The translations under genes were made by a program, and so were the position numbers. From positions 51,956,001 through 52,020,000 of the forward strand of contig NC_135902.1 in assembly GCF_964194155.1 (NCBI RefSeq): a DNA stretch of 64,000 nt, written 5' to 3'. Numbering within the stretch: the stretch's first letter is position 1; each line of letters starts with the position of its first letter. The notes beneath the pieces were generated by a model. The model had not been told where the DNA came from. It did no database searches and worked only from the letters and a program-made list of their open reading frames with translations. Below are positions 61,580 through 64,000 of this stretch, piece after piece. This DNA is from Cetorhinus maximus. Its lineage: Eukaryota.

Positions 61580-64000
61580 ATCAGAAGATGCAGTTTGATT
61601 GATGGACATACACTTGAAAGGTGACAGGTGGGAAGACACCATCAAAAGATGCATAAGCAAATTGGATATTGTGAAGTCTGTGTGGTCTTGGAGTGCCTGT
61701 GAGAAGAATTGATAAGAACTGAGATTCGTTTTGGGAAAGGACTGACCTCAGGTGGTTAGTGTCAGTGTGGGAGATGGATGGGGCACCCAGTATCCCAGTT
61801 AGGTGCCTGTCCAACAATGGCAAGCAGGGAGCTCCAGAGCAACCTCACATTGGTGCATGAGCTGCCTGTCGTCTTTGTGGGCTCCTCTCAGGGCACTCTG
61901 GATGACGGCAGCAGCACCTCCGCCCCTCTGCCAGTGACTGTGGCATCTGATGAGGCTGCAGCGACTGGGGAGATGCCAGCCGTGGCACTGGCCACTCCCT
62001 CCCAGGCAGGGCCAGCTTAGGCTCCACTGGCCAGAGGACGACCACCAAGGTCATCAAGGCCACCAAGGCAGCAGAGTTAGCAGCCTGTCTCCAATGCCGG
62101 TGTCAGCGAGGGGGTAGCACCAAGATGTAGCACTCACAAGCGTAAATTAAAGGCACCATGAGCACAAGAGGTGCAGGTCACAGGTGATTTTATGATCATT
62201 TATGTTTACTTTATGTATACTGGTCTGGGGTTGATGACCAGAAATATTTATGTAAATATTATTGAACTGTCTGAATGAGATAAATTGTGTTTTTGTCATC
62301 ATGGCCTGAGTATGCTTCACCTTTTTATTTCATTTGTGTGGGGAACACCAGTATGTAATGCTGGATGTAGGTGGCTCTGAACTTTATTGCACTGAGTATT
62401 CTGTGTTCAAATGAAAGGGTCCTTTCAGACATCCAGGATGGAGGCAGCAGTGGTTGGAGCTGATCTTTGGTAGCCTAGCTGAAGGAGCGTTGGGTCAAGG
62501 CATCCCTGGTGTACCAAGGTCTGGCTCCATGCCTCAGCATTCTCCTCAGTGCTCATCTTCAGACTCACTACTGGATTCATCATCTGTGGCCTGTGCAGCT
62601 GCATCAAGGTCCTCTGCCTCCAGTGGGTCCCTTCTTGTCAGTGCCAGATTGTGGAGAGCGCAGCATGCAACCACTATCAGTGACACCCGCTCTGGGGGCT
62701 ATTGTAGTGCTCCTCCTGTACGGTCCAGGCATCAGAAGCGCATCTTCAGCAGACCTATGGTCCTCTCTATCACTGCCCTTGTGGAGGCATGACTTGTATT
62801 GTAACACTTCTCTACCCCTGTTCTTGGGTGGTGGAGAGGCGTCATGAGCCACCTCTTCAATGGGTAGCCCTTGTCAACCAGCAGCCATCCATCCAGTCAG
62901 GCTGGAGCACTGAAGAGCCTCAGCACCTGGGGGTGTCTCAGGATGTAAGCATCATGGGTGCTGCCAGGATGCCTTGCACTGACTTGCATAATCTGCATCC
63001 TGTGGTCACACACTTATCTGCAGGTTCATGGAGTGGAATCCTTTCCTGTTGACGTTGGCACCCAGCTGACCTGCTGTCGCCTTGATGGCCACATGTGTGC
63101 AGTTGATTGCACCCTGGACGCAGGGGAACCCAGCAATCACTGCAAAGCCTCTGGCTCACTCAGCCTCATCCGTACAGTAAAGAATAAAGGTCAGGACCTG
63201 CCTGAACAGAGCTCCTATCACGAACTTGATGCAACTGTGGACAGCTGATTGGGAGACTCCACACAGATCCCCACTGATCCCTGGAAAGAGCTGGAGACAT
63301 AGAAGTTGAGGGCCACTGTGGCCTTCAGAGCCACTGGCATGGGAGTGTCAGAACTGATCTCAGGCCCAATCATCTGGCAAATGAAGGTCATGGTCTCCTT
63401 TGTGAGGTGGAGCCTCCTTCGGCATTGCACCTCAGACATACTGAAATAGCTGCATCGCTGCCTGTAAACCCTGGCAGCAGGATAGTGGCGTCTTCTGTGG
63501 CTCCTTCCGCCTTGGACTTCCTGCTGGCCCTATGCCCCTTGTGTCTGCGCCTCTCCTCCCACAGATCCCGCCCCTGGAAGCTGCATTGGGACACCTGGCC
63601 TCCACTCCCTTCTGCCTCTCTCTTGCTCCTCAGAGGAGGTGCCTCCAGCGGAGACCACAATCTCCATTACCAGGGTAATGGAAGGCTGTCTGATACCTGG
63701 AAGGGTCCACGGTCCAAATCCTCTGAGGGTCTTGCAAACGCCAATAAGTCCTGAAATGAAACCTGGAAATGCTAAGAATGAAGCCCAGACAGAGACCAAT
63801 AAGCAGCCAACGATCTAAAAAACTCCTCACTACTTACCGGCAATGCTGCTGACCCTTTTTATCCCACCCATGGATGAGATTTCTGAAAATGTCGGCTGGC
63901 CGCCTGCCCATTTTGCCTGAGCAACGAGCACAAAAATCGCACGGGCAAGGAAAAAAAATTGCCATCAATAGGACTGTTAAGGGTCTTAAGTGGCCTCTTA
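61580..64000. mobile_element. Harbinger of the 7946-11528 family, running off the window end; transposase on - (about 62420-63680), Myb C-terminus on +
   Basis: VALNFYVSSSFQGSVG, degenerate IDCTH motif (NCTH), LLKMRF*CLDR; GEMPAVALATPSQAGP matches 9302-9360. Confidence 0.85.

Noticed and set aside
55700-64000. First coding exon and promoter of the SLC5 gene
   Set aside because: No DY..F / GGR.M..PV..SL segment was found by eye; it probably lies beyond the window.

Overview
Eukaryotic, repeat-dense genomic DNA, most likely from a cartilaginous fish (shark), judged from its CR1, DeuSINE/SacSINE1-like, Penelope and Harbinger repeat content. The only host gene is a minus-strand sodium:solute symporter of the SLC5A8/SLC5A12/SLC5A5 group. 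Seven small GT-AG exons (140, 66, 52, 68, 155, 141, 130 bp) lie between 55658 and 117 and splice in frame; the 5' and 3' exons appear to lie outside the window. The introns hold nested transposable elements: CR1, Tx1-like, RTE, L2-like and Penelope retroelements, Gmr1-like Gypsy LTR elements and solo LTRs, DeuSINEs, and several Harbinger transposons with their MITEs. There is also a fragmented GOLGA4 pseudogene. Most notable: (i) two families of minimal type I hammerhead-ribozyme motifs in Penelope-type terminal repeats, often as inverted pairs and several in the sense of the host pre-mRNA; (ii) a GOLGA4 fragment directly upstream of a Gmr1-like RNase H-PPT-LTR end, a possible host-gene capture; (iii) an extra intron and unusual residues in the SLC5 gene. 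Exon boundaries and quoted TSD/TIR positions were read base by base; most transposon boundaries are approximate. Family names come from motif recognition, not database searches.
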